Below, piece after piece: positions 10,016-21,185 of a stretch of DNA of 64,000 bases. Numbering within the stretch: position 1 is the first letter of the stretch; the number at the start of each line of letters is the position of its first letter. The DNA lies in IMG/VR virus record IMGVR_UViG_2875703104_000004. One strand, 5' to 3'. This stretch comes from a virus. Taxonomy: Duplodnaviria > Heunggongvirae > Uroviricota > Caudoviricetes. A program made the position numbers and the translations under genes. The notes under the pieces were generated by a model that made no database searches, was not told the origin of the DNA, and was given only the letters and a program-made list of their open reading frames with translations.

Positions 10016-11510
10016 TCTTTCACACATTATTGCCGCAGCATTCAATGAACCGCTGCTTCTGGAGCCCGCCTATGCGCGGGTTTTCTTTTGCGCGCTCGGG
10101 CGCGAGATGGGGGCAGCAAGTCTTTCGGTACCACAACAGCAGGTACAGTTTGATGCTCCCGGAATGCTGGCTGAAACGGACGAGTACATGGCCGGAGGTA
10201 AACGACCGGCCCGTGTTTACCGGGTGGTGAACGGTATTGCTGTACTGCCGGTGACCGGCACGCTGGTGCACCGGCTGGGTGGTATGCGGCCATTTTCCGG
10301 AATGACAGGCTATGACGGCATTGTCGCCTGTCTTCAGCAGGCAATGGCGGATAGCCAGGTGCGGGGCGTACTGCTGGACATTGACAGTCCGGGCGGGCAG
10401 GCCGCCGGCGCGTTTGACTGCGCTGACATGATTTACCGCCTCCGTCAGCAGAAGCCGGTCTGGGCACTGTGCAATGACACGGCCTGTTCTGCAGCCATGC
10501 TGCTGGCGTCGGCCTGCTCCCGACGGCTGGTTACCCAGACATCCCGTATCGGCTCCATTGGCGTGATGATGAGCCATGTCAGCTATGCCGGTCATCTGGC
10601 GCAGGCCGGTGTGGATATCACGCTGATTTACTCAGGGGCGCACAAGGTGGATGGCAATCAGTTTGAAGCGTTGCCGGCAGAGGTTCGCCAGGACATGCAG
10701 CAGCGGATTGATGCGGCGCGCCGGATGTTTGCCGAAAAAGTGGCGATGTATACCGGTCTGTCTGTTGATGCCGTCACGGGAACAGAGGCTGCCGTTTTTG
10801 AAGGTCAGTCCGGCATTGAGGCCGGGCTGGCGGATGAATTAATCAATGCGTCGGATGCCATCAGTGTGATGGCCACGGCGCTGAACAGTAATGTCAGAGG
10901 AGGCACTATGCCGCAATTAACTGCAACGGAAGCCGCCGCGCAGGAGAACCAGCGAGTGATGGGGATCCTGACATGCCAGGAAGCGAAAGGACGTGAACAG
11001 CTTGCCACGATGCTGGCAGGACAACAGGGCATGAGCGTTGAACAGGCCCGGGCGATTCTGGCCGCGGCGGCACCGCAGCAGCCGGTGGCATCCACGCAGA
11101 GTGAAGCCGATCGCATTATGGCGTGTGAAGAAGCGAACGGTCGTGAACAACTGGCGGCAACGCTGGCGGCGATGCCGGAGATGACGGTGGAAAAAGCCCG
11201 CCCGATCCTGGCTGCTTCACCGCAGGCGGATGCCGGACCATCACTCCGTGATCAGATCATGGCACTGGATGAGGCAAAAGGGGCTGAGGCGCAGGCTGAA
11301 CAGCTGGCTGCCTGCCCGGGAATGACAGTGGAGAGCGCCCGGGCTGTGCTGGCTGCGGGATCAGGTAAGGCAGAACCGGTCTCTGCATCCACAACCGCCA
11401 TGTTTGAACATTTCATGGCGAACCATTCACCGGCAGCGGTACAGGGTGGCGTGGCACAGACGTCAGCAGACGGTGATGCGGACGTGAAAATGCTCATGGC
11501 CATGCCATGA
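10005..11510 (+). CDS. C: Capsid assembly protease C (S49/ClpP-like) with nested scaffold Nu3
   Basis: GTG start overlapping B stop; NEPLLLEPAYARVFFCAL...SIGVMMSHVSYAG matches lambda gpC. Confidence 0.85.
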   Translation: MRRNLSHIIAAAFNEPLLLEPAYARVFFCALGREMGAASLSVPQQQVQFDAPGMLAETDEYMAGGKRPARVYRVVNGIAVLPVTGTLVHRLGGMRPFSGMTGYDGIVACLQQAMADSQVRGVLLDIDSPGGQAAGAFDCADMIYRLRQQKPVWALCNDTACSAAMLLASACSRRLVTQTSRIGSIGVMMSHVSYAGHLAQAGVDITLIYSGAHKVDGNQFEALPAEVRQDMQQRIDAARRMFAEKVAMYTGLSVDAVTGTEAAVFEGQSGIEAGLADELINASDAISVMATALNSNVRGGTMPQLTATEAAAQENQRVMGILTCQEAKGREQLATMLAGQQGMSVEQARAILAAAAPQQPVASTQSEADRIMACEEANGREQLAATLAAMPEMTVEKARPILAASPQADAGPSLRDQIMALDEAKGAEAQAEQLAACPGMTVESARAVLAAGSGKAEPVSASTTAMFEHFMANHSPAAVQGGVAQTSADGDADVKMLMAMP

Positions 11511-11546
11511 AGTCAGTGCTGACCATCAATAGGAGGTTTTTACAAT

Positions 11547-11894
11547 ATGGTGACGAAAACCATCACTGAACAGCGTGCGGAAGTACGTATTTTTGCCGGT
11601 AATGATCCGGCTCATACCGCCACAGGCAGCAGCGGGATTTCCTCGCCAACACCGGCACTGACGCCCCTGATGCTGGATGAAGCCACCGGGAAACTGGTGG
11701 TCTGGGACGGACAGAAAGCCGGTAGTGCGGTTGGCATACTGGTACTGCCGCTTGAAGGCACAGAGACGGCGCTGACGTATTACAAGTCGGGAACCTTTGC
11801 GACGGAGGCAATCCACTGGCCTGAAAGTGTGGATGAACACAAAAAGGCCAACGCCTTTGCTGGCAGTGCCCTGAGTCACGCGGCGCTGCCGTAA
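11547..11894 (+). CDS. D: Head decoration protein D
   Basis: 115 aa; GNDPAHTATGSSG...YYKSGTFATEAIHWPE lambda gpD-like. Confidence 0.9.
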   Translation: MVTKTITEQRAEVRIFAGNDPAHTATGSSGISSPTPALTPLMLDEATGKLVVWDGQKAGSAVGILVLPLEGTETALTYYKSGTFATEAIHWPESVDEHKKANAFAGSALSHAALP

Positions 11895-11902
11895 CACGTT
11901 AT

Positions 11903-11922
11903 CAGGCCACCGCGGTGGCCTG
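11903..11922 (+). other. Perfect stem-loop between D and E
   Basis: CAGGCCACC-gc-GGTGGCCTG. Confidence 0.4.
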
Positions 11923-11951
11923 ACTGATTTCTGAATGAAAGGAACTGATTT

Positions 11952-12980
11952 ATGGGATTGTTTACGACCCGCCAGTTACTCGGTTATACCGAACAAAAAG
12001 TTAAATTTCGTGCGCTGTTTCTGGAGCTGTTTTTCCGCCGTACGGTGAATTTCCATACCGAAGAGGTGATGCTGGACAAAATTACCGGAAAAACGCCGGT
12101 GGCGGCCTATGTCTCCCCGGTTGTTGAAGGAAAAGTGCTGCGTCATCGTGGTGGTGAAACCCGCGTGTTGCGTCCGGGCTACGTCAAGCCGAAACACGAA
12201 TTTAATTACCAGCAGGCGGTTGAGCGCCTTCCTGGTGAAGATCCATCTCAACTGAATGATCCGGCTTACCGCCGTCTGCGTATCATTACCGATAACCTCA
12301 AACAGGAAGAGCACGCGATTGTCCAGGTGGAAGAAATGCAGGCGGTAAATGCTGTGTTGTATGGCAAATACACCATGGAAGGAGACCAGTTCGAGAAAAT
12401 TGAGGTCGATTTTGGCAGGTCGACGAAGAATAACATCACTCAGGGTAGTGGTAAGGAGTGGTCAAAACAGGATCGTGACACGTTCGATCCTACACATGAT
12501 ATTGACCTCTACTGCGACCTGGCCAGCGGTCTTGTGAATATTGCCATTATGGACGGTACCGTCTGGCGTCTTCTGAATGGTTTTAAGCTGTTCCGCGAAA
12601 AACTGGATACCCGTCGCGGTTCAAATTCTCAACTCGAAACGGCAGTGAAAGATCTGGGCGCAGTGGTGTCCTTCAAGGGGTATTACGGCGATCTGGCCAT
12701 TGTGGTGGCGAAAACGTCTTATATAGCAGAAGACGGTATCGAAAAACGTTATCTTCCAGATGGCATGCTGGTTCTGGGGAATACTGCTGCAGATGGGATC
12801 CGTTGTTACGGTGCCATTCAGGATGCTCAGGCGTTGTCCGAAGGTGTGGTGGCCTCTTCCCGTTATCCGAAACACTGGCTGACGGTAGGGGATCCCGCCC
12901 GTGAATTTACCATGACGCAGTCCGCGCCGCTGATGGTGTTGCCGGACCCGGATGAGTTTGTGGTGGTACAGGTGAAATAA
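11952..12980 (+). CDS. E: Major capsid protein E
   Basis: 342 aa; collinear with lambda gpE (PGYVKPKHE...DPAREFTMTQSAPLM). Confidence 0.95.
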   Translation: MGLFTTRQLLGYTEQKVKFRALFLELFFRRTVNFHTEEVMLDKITGKTPVAAYVSPVVEGKVLRHRGGETRVLRPGYVKPKHEFNYQQAVERLPGEDPSQLNDPAYRRLRIITDNLKQEEHAIVQVEEMQAVNAVLYGKYTMEGDQFEKIEVDFGRSTKNNITQGSGKEWSKQDRDTFDPTHDIDLYCDLASGLVNIAIMDGTVWRLLNGFKLFREKLDTRRGSNSQLETAVKDLGAVVSFKGYYGDLAIVVAKTSYIAEDGIEKRYLPDGMLVLGNTAADGIRCYGAIQDAQALSEGVVASSRYPKHWLTVGDPAREFTMTQSAPLMVLPDPDEFVVVQVK

Positions 12981-12989
12981 TCCGTGAGC

Positions 12990-13017
12990 GGGGGCGAAAT
13001 GCCCCCGTGTCTTTTTT
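12990..13017 (+). terminator. Terminator-like hairpin immediately after E
   Basis: GGGGGC-gaaat-GCCCCC then GTGTCTTTTTT. Confidence 0.45.
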
Positions 13018-13031
13018 CACAGGGGGCTGAT

Positions 13032-13406
13032 ATGGCAACGAAAGAGCAAAATCTGAAACGGCTTGATGAACTGGCCCTGATTCTGGGGCGTGAGCCGGAT
13101 ATATCCGGGAGTGCCGCAGAGATAGCGCAGCGGGTGGCAGAATGGGAAGAGGAAATGCAGTCATCCGGCGATGATGTACAGGTTATGAATATGGATATCC
13201 GGGAGCGGGAAACCGCGGCTCATGATGTTCGTGAGGAAACATCCGGCGCGTTAACGCGCATCAGAGTTCTGACCTGCCTCCATCTCTGTGGCGTTGATGG
13301 TGAAACGGGGGAATCCGTTGAGCTTGCGGATGTTGGTCGGGTGATTCTGATTATGTCCTCAGATGCAAAAACACACGTTGATGGTGGAATGGCTGTTTAT
13401 GCGTGA
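13032..13406 (+). CDS. FI: DNA packaging protein FI
   Basis: ATG 13032 with AGGGGG RBS; MATKEQNLKRLDELALILGRE... Confidence 0.75.
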   Translation: MATKEQNLKRLDELALILGREPDISGSAAEIAQRVAEWEEEMQSSGDDVQVMNMDIRERETAAHDVREETSGALTRIRVLTCLHLCGVDGETGESVELADVGRVILIMSSDAKTHVDGGMAVYA

Positions 13407-13752
13407 TTTTCAGAATGCCTTTGATGCCGCCCTTGCCGGGGTGGACAGTACGATTGTTGAAGTGATGGGCATCAGTGCGCAGTTCACCTCCGGTGCACAG
13501 CGTGGCGGCGAGGTTCATGGCGTTTTTGACGATCCGGAGTCGCTGGGTTTTGCCAGTAGTGGGATCCGTATTGAAGGAAGTAACCCGTCATTATTTGTGC
13601 TTACGGATACGGTTTGTGCTGTACGGCGTGGTGACACGCTGACCATTAACGGCGAGATGTTCTGGGTGGACCGTGTTTCTCCGGATGACGGAGGGAGTTG
13701 TTATCTCTGGCTCAACCGGGGGCAACCACCTGCCGCCAGCCGTCGCCGCTGA
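13399..13752 (+). CDS. FII: Head-tail connector protein FII
   Basis: MRDFQNAFDAALAGVDSTIVEVMG...WVDRVSPDDGGSCYLWL; lambda gpFII-like. Confidence 0.85.
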   Translation: MRDFQNAFDAALAGVDSTIVEVMGISAQFTSGAQRGGEVHGVFDDPESLGFASSGIRIEGSNPSLFVLTDTVCAVRRGDTLTINGEMFWVDRVSPDDGGSCYLWLNRGQPPAASRRR

Positions 13753-13763
13753 AAGGGGGATGT

Positions 13764-14342
13764 ATGGCCATAAAAGGTCTTGAGCAGGCCGTTGAAAACC
13801 TCAGCCGTATCAGCAAAACGGCAGTGCCTGGTGCCGCCGCAATGGCCATTAACCGCGTTGCTTCATCCGCGATATCGCAGTCGGCGTCACTGGTTGCCCG
13901 TGAGACAAAGGTACGCCGGAAACTGGTAAAGGAAAGGGCCAGGCTGAAAAGGGCCACGGTCAAAAATCCGCAGGCCAGAATCAAAGTTAACCGGGGGGAT
14001 TTGCCCGTAATCAGGCTGGGTAATGCGCGGGTTGTCCTTTCGCGCCGCAGGCGTCGTAAAAAGGGGCAGCGTTCATCCCTGAAAGGTGGCGGCAGCGTGC
14101 TTGTGGTGGGTAACCGTCGTATTCCCGGCGCGTTTATTCAGCAACTGAAAAATGGCCGCTGGCATGTCATGCAGCGTGTGGCCGGGAAAAACCGTTACCC
14201 CATTGATGTGGTGAAAATTCCGATGGCGGTGCCGCTGACCACGGCGTTTAAACAGAATATTGAGCGGATACGGCGTGAGCGTCTTCCGAAAGAGCTGGGC
14301 TATGCGCTGCAGCATCAACTGAGGATGGTAATAAAGCGATGA
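13764..14342 (+). CDS. Z: Tail completion protein Z
   Basis: MAIKGLEQAVENLSRISKTAVPGAAAMAINRV...; near-identical to lambda gpZ. Confidence 0.9.
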   Translation: MAIKGLEQAVENLSRISKTAVPGAAAMAINRVASSAISQSASLVARETKVRRKLVKERARLKRATVKNPQARIKVNRGDLPVIRLGNARVVLSRRRRRKKGQRSSLKGGGSVLVVGNRRIPGAFIQQLKNGRWHVMQRVAGKNRYPIDVVKIPMAVPLTTAFKQNIERIRRERLPKELGYALQHQLRMVIKR

Positions 14343-14734
14343 AACATACTGAATTCCGTGCAGCCGTACTGGATGCACTGGAAAAACATGACACCGGGGC
14401 GACGCTTTTTGATGGTCGCCCCGCTGTTTTTGATGAGGCGGATTTTCCGGCAATTGCCGTTTATCTCACCGGCGCTGAATACACGGGCGAAGAGCTGGAC
14501 AGCGATACCTGGCAGGCGGAGCTGCATATTGAAGTTTTCCTGCCTGCTCAGGTGCCGGATTCAGAGCTGGATTCGTGGATGGAAAGCCGGATTTATCCGG
14601 CGATGAGCGATATCCCGGCACTGTCAGATTTGATCACCAGTATGGTGGCCAGTGGCTATGACTACCGGCGCGACGATGATGCGGGCCTGTGGAGTTCAGC
14701 CGATCTGACTTATGTCATTACCTATGAAATGTGA
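14339..14734 (+). CDS. U: Tail terminator protein U
   Basis: 131 aa [26 protein letters not shown]...; lambda gpU. Confidence 0.9.
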   Translation: MKHTEFRAAVLDALEKHDTGATLFDGRPAVFDEADFPAIAVYLTGAEYTGEELDSDTWQAELHIEVFLPAQVPDSELDSWMESRIYPAMSDIPALSDLITSMVASGYDYRRDDDAGLWSSADLTYVITYEM

Positions 14735-14741
14735 GGACGAT

Positions 14742-15482
14742 ATGCCAACACCAAATCCTCTGGCACCGGTGAAAGGGGCCGGAACCACACTGTGGGTTTA
14801 TAACGGGAGCGGCGACCCTTATGCAAACCCGCTTTCAGACAATGACTGGTCGCGTCTGGCAAAAATTAAAGACCTGACGCCCGGCGAACTGACCGCTGAG
14901 TCCTATGACGACAGTTATCTCGATGATGAAGATGCGGACTGGACCGCGACCGGGCAGGGGCAGAAATCCGCCGGAGATACCAGCTTCACGCTGGCGTGGA
15001 TGCCCGGAGAGCAGGGGCAGCAGGCGCTGCTGGCGTGGTTTAATGAAGGTGATACCCGTGCCTATAAAATCCGCTTCCCGAACGGCACGGTCGATGTGTT
15101 CCGTGGCTGGGTCAGCAGTATCGGTAAGGCGGTGACGGCGAAGGAAGTGATCACCCGTACGGTGAAGGTCACCAATGTGGGCCGTCCGTCAATGGCAGAA
15201 GATCGCAGTACGGTGACGGCGGCAACCGGTATGACCGTGACGCCTGCCAGCTCCTCGGTGGTGAAAGGGCAGAGCACCACGCTGACCGTGGCCTTCCAGC
15301 CGGAGGGCGCAACTGACAAGAGCTTCCGTGCGGTGTCAGCGGATAAAACAAAAGCCACCGTGTCGGTCAGTGGTATGACCATCACCGTGAACGGCGTTGC
15401 TGCAGGCAAGGTCAACATTCCGGTTGTATCCGGTAATGGTGAACTTGCTGCGGTTGCAGAAATCACTGTCACCGACAGTTAA
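14742..15482 (+). CDS. V: Major tail protein V with C-terminal Ig-like domain
   Basis: [33 protein letters not shown]...; near-identical to lambda gpV. Confidence 0.95.
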   Translation: MPTPNPLAPVKGAGTTLWVYNGSGDPYANPLSDNDWSRLAKIKDLTPGELTAESYDDSYLDDEDADWTATGQGQKSAGDTSFTLAWMPGEQGQQALLAWFNEGDTRAYKIRFPNGTVDVFRGWVSSIGKAVTAKEVITRTVKVTNVGRPSMAEDRSTVTAATGMTVTPASSSVVKGQSTTLTVAFQPEGATDKSFRAVSADKTKATVSVSGMTITVNGVAAGKVNIPVVSGNGELAAVAEITVTDS

Positions 15483-15497
15483 TCCGGAGAGTCAGCG

Positions 15498-15920
15498 ATG
15501 TTCCTGAAAACCGAATCATTTGAACATAACGGCGTGACCGTCACGCTTTCTGAACTGTCAGCCCTGCAGCGTATTGAGCATCTCGCCCTGATGAAACAGC
15601 AGGCAGAACAGGCGGAGTCAGACAGCAACCGGCAGGTTACTGTGGAAGACGCCATCAGAACCGGTGCTTTTGTGGTGGCGATGTCCCTGTGGCATAACCA
15701 TCCGCAGAAGACAAAGCAGCCTTCCATGAATGAAGCCGTTAAACAGATTGAGCAGGAAGTGCTTACCACCTGGCCCGCGGAGGCAATTTCTCATGCTGAA
15801 AACGTGGTGTACCGGCTGTCCGGTATGTATGGGTTTGTGGTGAATGATGCCCCTGACCAGGCAGAGGACTCCGGGCCTGCAGAGCCTGTTTCTGCGGGAA
15901 AGTGTTCGACGGTGAGCTGA
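15498..15920 (+). CDS. G: Tail assembly chaperone G
   Basis: 140 aa; lambda gpG-like; ends just after slippery site. Confidence 0.9.
   Translation: MFLKTESFEHNGVTVTLSELSALQRIEHLALMKQQAEQAESDSNRQVTVEDAIRTGAFVVAMSLWHNHPQKTKQPSMNEAVKQIEQEVLTTWPAEAISHAENVVYRLSGMYGFVVNDAPDQAEDSGPAEPVSAGKCSTVS
15896..15902 (+). promoter_or_regulatory. Programmed -1 ribosomal frameshift slippery heptamer G GGA AAG (G to GT)
   Basis: GGGAAAG in G zero frame 7 codons before G stop; -1 frame stays open to 16336 (T). Confidence 0.85.
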
Positions 15921-16336
15921 GTTTTGCCCTGAAACTGGCGCGAGAGATGGGGCGACCTGACTGGCGCGCCATGCTTGCCGGGATGTCATCCACGGAGTAT
16001 GCCGACTGGCACCGCTTTTACAGTACCCATTATTTTCATGATGTTCTGCTGGATATGCACTTTTCCGGGCTGACGTACACTGTGCTCAGCCTGTTTTTCA
16101 GCGATCCGGATATGCATCCGCTGGATTTCAGTTTGCTGAACCGGCGTGAGGATGACGAAGAGCCTGAAGATGATGTGCTGATGCAGAAAGCGGCAGGGCT
16201 TACCGGAGGCGTCCGCTTTGACCCGGACGGAAATGAAGTTATCCCCGCTTCCCCGGATATGGCGGGCATGACGGAGGATGACGTAATGCTGATGACAGTA
16301 TCAGAAGGGATCGCAGGAGGAGTCCGGTATGGCTGA
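15902..16336 (+). CDS. T: T segment of tail assembly chaperone fusion gpGT
   Basis: -1 frame after slippery site; VFDGELSFALKLAREMGRPDW... Confidence 0.85.
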   Translation: MFDGELSFALKLAREMGRPDWRAMLAGMSSTEYADWHRFYSTHYFHDVLLDMHFSGLTYTVLSLFFSDPDMHPLDFSLLNRREDDEEPEDDVLMQKAAGLTGGVRFDPDGNEVIPASPDMAGMTEDDVMLMTVSEGIAGGVRYG

Positions 16337-18825
16337 ACCGGTAGGCGATCTGGTCGTTGATTTAAGTCTGGATGCGGCCAGATTTGACGAGCAGATGGCC
16401 AGAGTCAGGCGTCATTTTTCCGGTACGGAAAGTGATGCGAAAAAAACAGCGGCAGTCGTTGAACAGTCGCTGAGCCGACAGGCGCTGGCTGCACAGAAAG
16501 CGGGGATTTCCGTCGGGCAGTATAAAGCCGCCATGCGTATGCTGCCTGCACAGTTCACCGACGTGGCCACGCAGCTTGCAGGCGGGCAAAGCCCGTGGCT
16601 GATCCTGCTGCAACAGGGTGGTCAGGTTAAGGACTCCTTCGGCGGGATGATCCCCATGTTCCGGGGGCTTGCCGGTGCGATCACCCTGCCGATGGTCGGG
16701 GCCACCTCGCTGGCGGTGGCGACCGGTGCGCTGGCGTATGCCTGGTATCAGGGTAACTCAACCCTGTCCGATTTCAACAAAACGCTGGTCCTTTCCGGCA
16801 ATCAGTCGGGTCTGACGGCAGATCGTATGCTGGTCCTGTCCAGAGCCGGGCAGGCGGCAGGGCTGACGTTTAACCAGACCAGCGAGTCACTCAGCGCACT
16901 GGTTAAGGCGGGAGTAAGCGGTGAGGCTCAGATTGCATCCATCAGCCAGAGTGTGGCGCGTTTCTCCTCTGCATCCGGCGTGGAGGTGGACAAGGTCGCT
17001 GAAGCCTTCGGGAAGCTGACCACTGACCCGACGTCGGGGCTGACGGCGATGGCGCGCCAGTTCCATAACGTAACGGCGGAGCAGATTGCGTATGTTGCTC
17101 AGTTGCAGCGTTCCGGCGATGAATCCGGGGCATTGCAGGCGGCGAACGAGGCCGCAACGAAAGGGTTTGATGACCAGACCCGACGCCTGAAAGAGAACAT
17201 GGGCACGCTGGAAACCTGGGCAGACAGGACAGCACGGGCATTCAAATCCATGTGGGATGCGGTGCTGGATATTGGTCGTCCTGATACCGCTCAGGAGATG
17301 CTGATTAAGGCAGAGGCTGCGTTTAAGAAAGCGGACGACATCTGGAATCTGCGCAAGGATGATTATTTTGTTAACGATGAAGCGCGGGCGCGTTACTGGG
17401 ATGATCGTGAAAAGGCCCGTCTTGCGCTTGAAGCCGCCCGAAAGAAGGCTGAACAGCAGAGTCAACAGGACAAAAATGCGCAGCAGCAGAGCGATACCGA
17501 AGCATCACGGCTGAAATATACCGAAGAGGCGCAGAAGGCTTACGAACGGCTGCAGACACCGCTGGAGAAATATACCGCCCGTCAGGAAGAACTGAACAAG
17601 GCACTGAAAGACGGGAAAATCCTGCAGGCAGATTACAACACGCTGATGGCGGCGGCGAAAAAGGATTATGAAGCGACGCTGAAAAAGCCGAAACAGTCCG
17701 GCGTGAAGGTGTCTGCGGGCGATCGTCAGGAAGACAGTGCTCATGCTGCCCTGCTGACGCTTCAGGCTGAACTCCGGACGCTGGAGAAGCATGCCGGAGC
17801 AAATGAGAAAATCAGCCAGCAGCGCCGGGATTTGTGGAAAATCCCTGCTGGCGCATAAAGATGAGACGCTGGAGTACAAACGCCAGCTGGCTGCACTTGG
17901 CGACAAGGTTACGTATCAGGAGCGCCTGAACGCGCTGGCGCAGCAGGCGGATAAATTCGCACAGCAGCAACGGGCAAAACGGGCCGCTATTGATGCGAAA
18001 AGCCGGGGGCTGACTGACCGGCAGGCAGAACGGGAAGCCACGGAACAGCGCCTGAAGGAACAGTATGGCGATAATCCTCTGGCGCTGAATAACGTCATGT
18101 CAGAGCAGAAAAAGACCTGGGCGGCTGAAGACCTGCTTCGCGGGAACTGGATGGCAGGCCTGAAGTCCGGCTGGAGTGAGTGGGAAGAGAGTGCCACGGA
18201 CAGTATGTCGCAGGTTAAAAGTGCTGCCACGCAGACCTTTGATGGTATTGCGCAGAATATGGCGGCGATGCTGACCGGCAGTGAACAGAACTGGCGCAGC
18301 TTCACCCGTTCCGTGCTGTCCATGATGACAGAAATTCTGCTTAAGCAGGCAATGGTGGGGATTGTCGGGAGTATCGGCAGCGCTATTGGCGGGGCTGTTG
18401 GTGGCGGCGCATCCGCGTCAGGCGGTACAGCCATTCAGGCCGCTGCGGCGAAACTCCATTTTGCAACCGGAGGATTTACGGGAACCGGCGGCAAATATGA
18501 GCCAGCGGGGATTGTTCACCGTGGTGAATTTGTCTTCACGAAGGAGGCAACCAGCCGGATTGGCGTGGGAAATCTCTACCGGCTGATGCGCGGCTATGCC
18601 ACCGGCGGTTATGTCGGTGGCACCGGAAGTCCGGCGCAAATGCGGCGTTCAGAGGGTATCAGGTTTGAGCAGAACAACAACGTGGTGATTCAGAACGACG
18701 GTACGAATGGTCTGCCAGGTCCACAGATGATGAAGGCGGTGTATGACATGGCCCGCAAGGGTGCCCGTGATGAAATCCAGGCACAGATGCGCGATGGTGG
18801 TCTGTTCTCCGGAGGTGGACGATGA
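16329..18825 (+). pseudogene. H: Tape measure protein H, frame broken by ~65-bp deletion relative to copy 2
   Basis: ORFs 16329-17858 and 17791-18825 both gpH-like; copy 2 has 65 extra bp at the equivalent of 17838/17839. Confidence 0.8.
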
Positions 18826-19151
18826 AAACCTTCCGCTGGAAAGTGAAACCCGGGATGGATGTGACATCGGCTCCTTCCGTCAGGGAGGTGCGCTTTGGTG
18901 ATGGCTATTCCCAGCGTGCGCCTGCCGGGCTGAACGCTGACCTGAAAACGTACAGCGTGACGCTGTCTGTCTCCCGTGAGGAGGCCACGGCGCTGGAGTC
19001 GTTTCTGGCTGAGCACGGGGGCTGGAAGGCCTTTCTGTGGACGCCGCCTTATGGTTACAGGCAGATAAAGGTGACCTGCGCAAAATGGTCGTCGCGGGTC
19101 AGTATGCTGCGTGTTGAGTTCAGCGCAGAGTTTGAACAGGTGGTGAACTGA
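18822..19151 (+). CDS. M: Tail tip protein M
   Basis: 109 aa; lambda gpM-like. Confidence 0.9.
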   Translation: MKTFRWKVKPGMDVTSAPSVREVRFGDGYSQRAPAGLNADLKTYSVTLSVSREEATALESFLAEHGGWKAFLWTPPYGYRQIKVTCAKWSSRVSMLRVEFSAEFEQVVN

Positions 19152-19849
19152 TGCAGGATATCCGGCAGGAAACATTGAATGAATGCACCCGTGCGGAGCA
19201 GTCGGCCAGCGTGGTGCTCTGGGAAATCGATCTGACAGAGGTCGGTGGAGAACGTTATTTTTTCTGTAATGAGCAGAACGAAAAAGGTGAGCCGGTCACC
19301 TGGCAGGGGCGACAGTATCAGCCGTATCCCATTCAGGGGAGTAGTTTTGAACTGAATGGCAAAGGCACCAGTACGCGCCCCACGCTGACGGTTTCTAACC
19401 TGTACGGTATGGTCACCGGGATGGTGGAAGATCTGCAGAGTCTGGTCGGCGGAACGGTGGTCAGGCGTAAGGTTTACGCCCGTTTTCTGGATGCGGTGAA
19501 CTTCGTCAACGGAAACAGCGACGCCGATCCGGAGCAGGAGGTGATCAGCCGCTGGCGCATCGAGCAGTGCAGCGAACTGAGTGCGGTCAGTGCCTCCTTT
19601 GTACTGTCCACACCGACGGAAACGGATGGTGCCGTTTTTCCGGGGCGCATCATGCTGGCTAATACCTGCACCTGGACCTATCGCGGTGATGAGTGCGGTT
19701 ATCACGGTCCGGCGGTCGCGGATGAATATGATCAGCCGACTTCCGATATCACGAAGGATAAATGCAGCAAATGCCTGAGCGGCTGTAAGTTTCGCAATAA
19801 CGTCGGCAACTTTGGCGGCTTCCTTTCCATTAACAAACTTTCGCAGTAA
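19151..19849 (+). CDS. L: Tail tip protein L
   Basis: 232 aa; lambda gpL-like incl. C-terminal Cys cluster. Confidence 0.9.
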   Translation: MQDIRQETLNECTRAEQSASVVLWEIDLTEVGGERYFFCNEQNEKGEPVTWQGRQYQPYPIQGSSFELNGKGTSTRPTLTVSNLYGMVTGMVEDLQSLVGGTVVRRKVYARFLDAVNFVNGNSDADPEQEVISRWRIEQCSELSAVSASFVLSTPTETDGAVFPGRIMLANTCTWTYRGDECGYHGPAVADEYDQPTSDITKDKCSKCLSGCKFRNNVGNFGGFLSINKLSQ

Positions 19850-19854
19850 ATCCC

Positions 19855-20598
19855 ATGACAGAGACAGAATCAGCGATTCTGGCGCATGCCCGGCGATGTG
19901 CGCCAGCGGAGTCGTGCGGCTTCGTGGTGAGAGCGCCGGAGGGGGAAAGATATTTTCCCTGCGTGAATATCTCCGGTGAGCCGGAGGCGTATTTCCGGAT
20001 GGCTCCGGAGGACTGGCTGCAGGCAGAGATGCAGGGTGAGATTGTGGCGCTGGTCCACAGTCATCCCGGTGGTCTGCCCTGGCTGAGTGAGGCCGACCGG
20101 CGGCTGCAGGTGCAGAGTGATTTGCCGTGGTGGCTGGTCTGCCGGGGGGCGATTCATAAGTTCCGCTGTGTGCCGCATCTCACCGGGCGGCGCTTTGAGC
20201 ACGGGGTGACGGACTGTTACACGCTGTTCCGGGACGCTTACCATCTGGCGGGGATTGAGATGCCGGACTTTCATCGTGAGGATGACTGGTGGCGTAACGG
20301 CCAGAATCTCTATCTTGATAATCTGGAGGCCACAGGGCTGTATCAGGTGCCGTTGTCAGCGGCGCAGCCGGGCGATGTGCTGCTGTGCTGCTTTGGTTCA
20401 TCGGTGCCGAATCATGCCGCTATTTACTGTGGTGACGGCGAGCTGCTGCACCATATTCCTGAACAACTGAGTAAACGAGAGAGGTATACCGACAAATGGC
20501 AGCGACGCACACACTCCCTCTGGCGTCACCGGGCATGGCGCGCATCTGCCTTTACGGGGATTTACAACGATTTGGCCGCCGCATCGACCTTCGTGTGA
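19855..20598 (+). CDS. K: Tail tip assembly protein K (JAB/MPN + NlpC/P60-like)
   Basis: HSHPGG motif and C..H region; lambda gpK-like. Confidence 0.9.
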   Translation: MTETESAILAHARRCAPAESCGFVVRAPEGERYFPCVNISGEPEAYFRMAPEDWLQAEMQGEIVALVHSHPGGLPWLSEADRRLQVQSDLPWWLVCRGAIHKFRCVPHLTGRRFEHGVTDCYTLFRDAYHLAGIEMPDFHREDDWWRNGQNLYLDNLEATGLYQVPLSAAQPGDVLLCCFGSSVPNHAAIYCGDGELLHHIPEQLSKRERYTDKWQRRTHSLWRHRAWRASAFTGIYNDLAAASTFV

Positions 20599-21167
20599 AA
20601 ACGGGGGCTGAAGCCATCCGCGCACTGGCCACACAGCTCCCGGTGTTTCGTCAGAAACTGAGCGACGGCTGGTATCAGGTACGGATTGCCGGGCGGGACG
20701 TCAGCACGTCCGGGTTAACGGCGCAGTTACATGAGACTCTGCCTGATGGCGCTGTGATTCATATTGTTCCCAGAGTCGCCGGGGCCAAGTCAGGTGGCGT
20801 ATTCCAGATTGTCCTGGGGGCTGCCGCCATTGCCGGATCATTCTTTACCGCCGGAGCCACCCTTGCAGCATGGGGGGCAGCCATTGGGGCCGGTGGTATG
20901 ACCGGCATCCTGTTTTCTCTCGGTGCCAGTATGGTGCTCGGTGGTGTGGCGCAGATGCTGGCACCGAAAGCCAGAACTCCCCGTACACAGACAACGGATA
21001 ACGGCAAACAGAACACCTATTTCTCCTCACTGGATAACATGGTTGCCCAGGGCAATGTTCTGCCGGTTCTGTACGGTGAAATGCGCGTGGGGTCACGCGT
21101 GGTTTCTCAGGAGATCAGCACGGCAGACGAAGGGGATGGTGGTCAGGTTGTGGTGATTGGTCGCTGA
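20496..21167 (+). CDS. I: Tail tip assembly protein I
   Basis: 223 aa MAATHTLPLASPGMARICLYGDLQRFGRR...; lambda gpI-like; overlaps K 3' end. Confidence 0.9.
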   Translation: MAATHTLPLASPGMARICLYGDLQRFGRRIDLRVKTGAEAIRALATQLPVFRQKLSDGWYQVRIAGRDVSTSGLTAQLHETLPDGAVIHIVPRVAGAKSGGVFQIVLGAAAIAGSFFTAGATLAAWGAAIGAGGMTGILFSLGASMVLGGVAQMLAPKARTPRTQTTDNGKQNTYFSSLDNMVAQGNVLPVLYGEMRVGSRVVSQEISTADEGDGGQVVVIGR

Positions 21168-21185
21168 TGCAAAATGTTTTATGTG

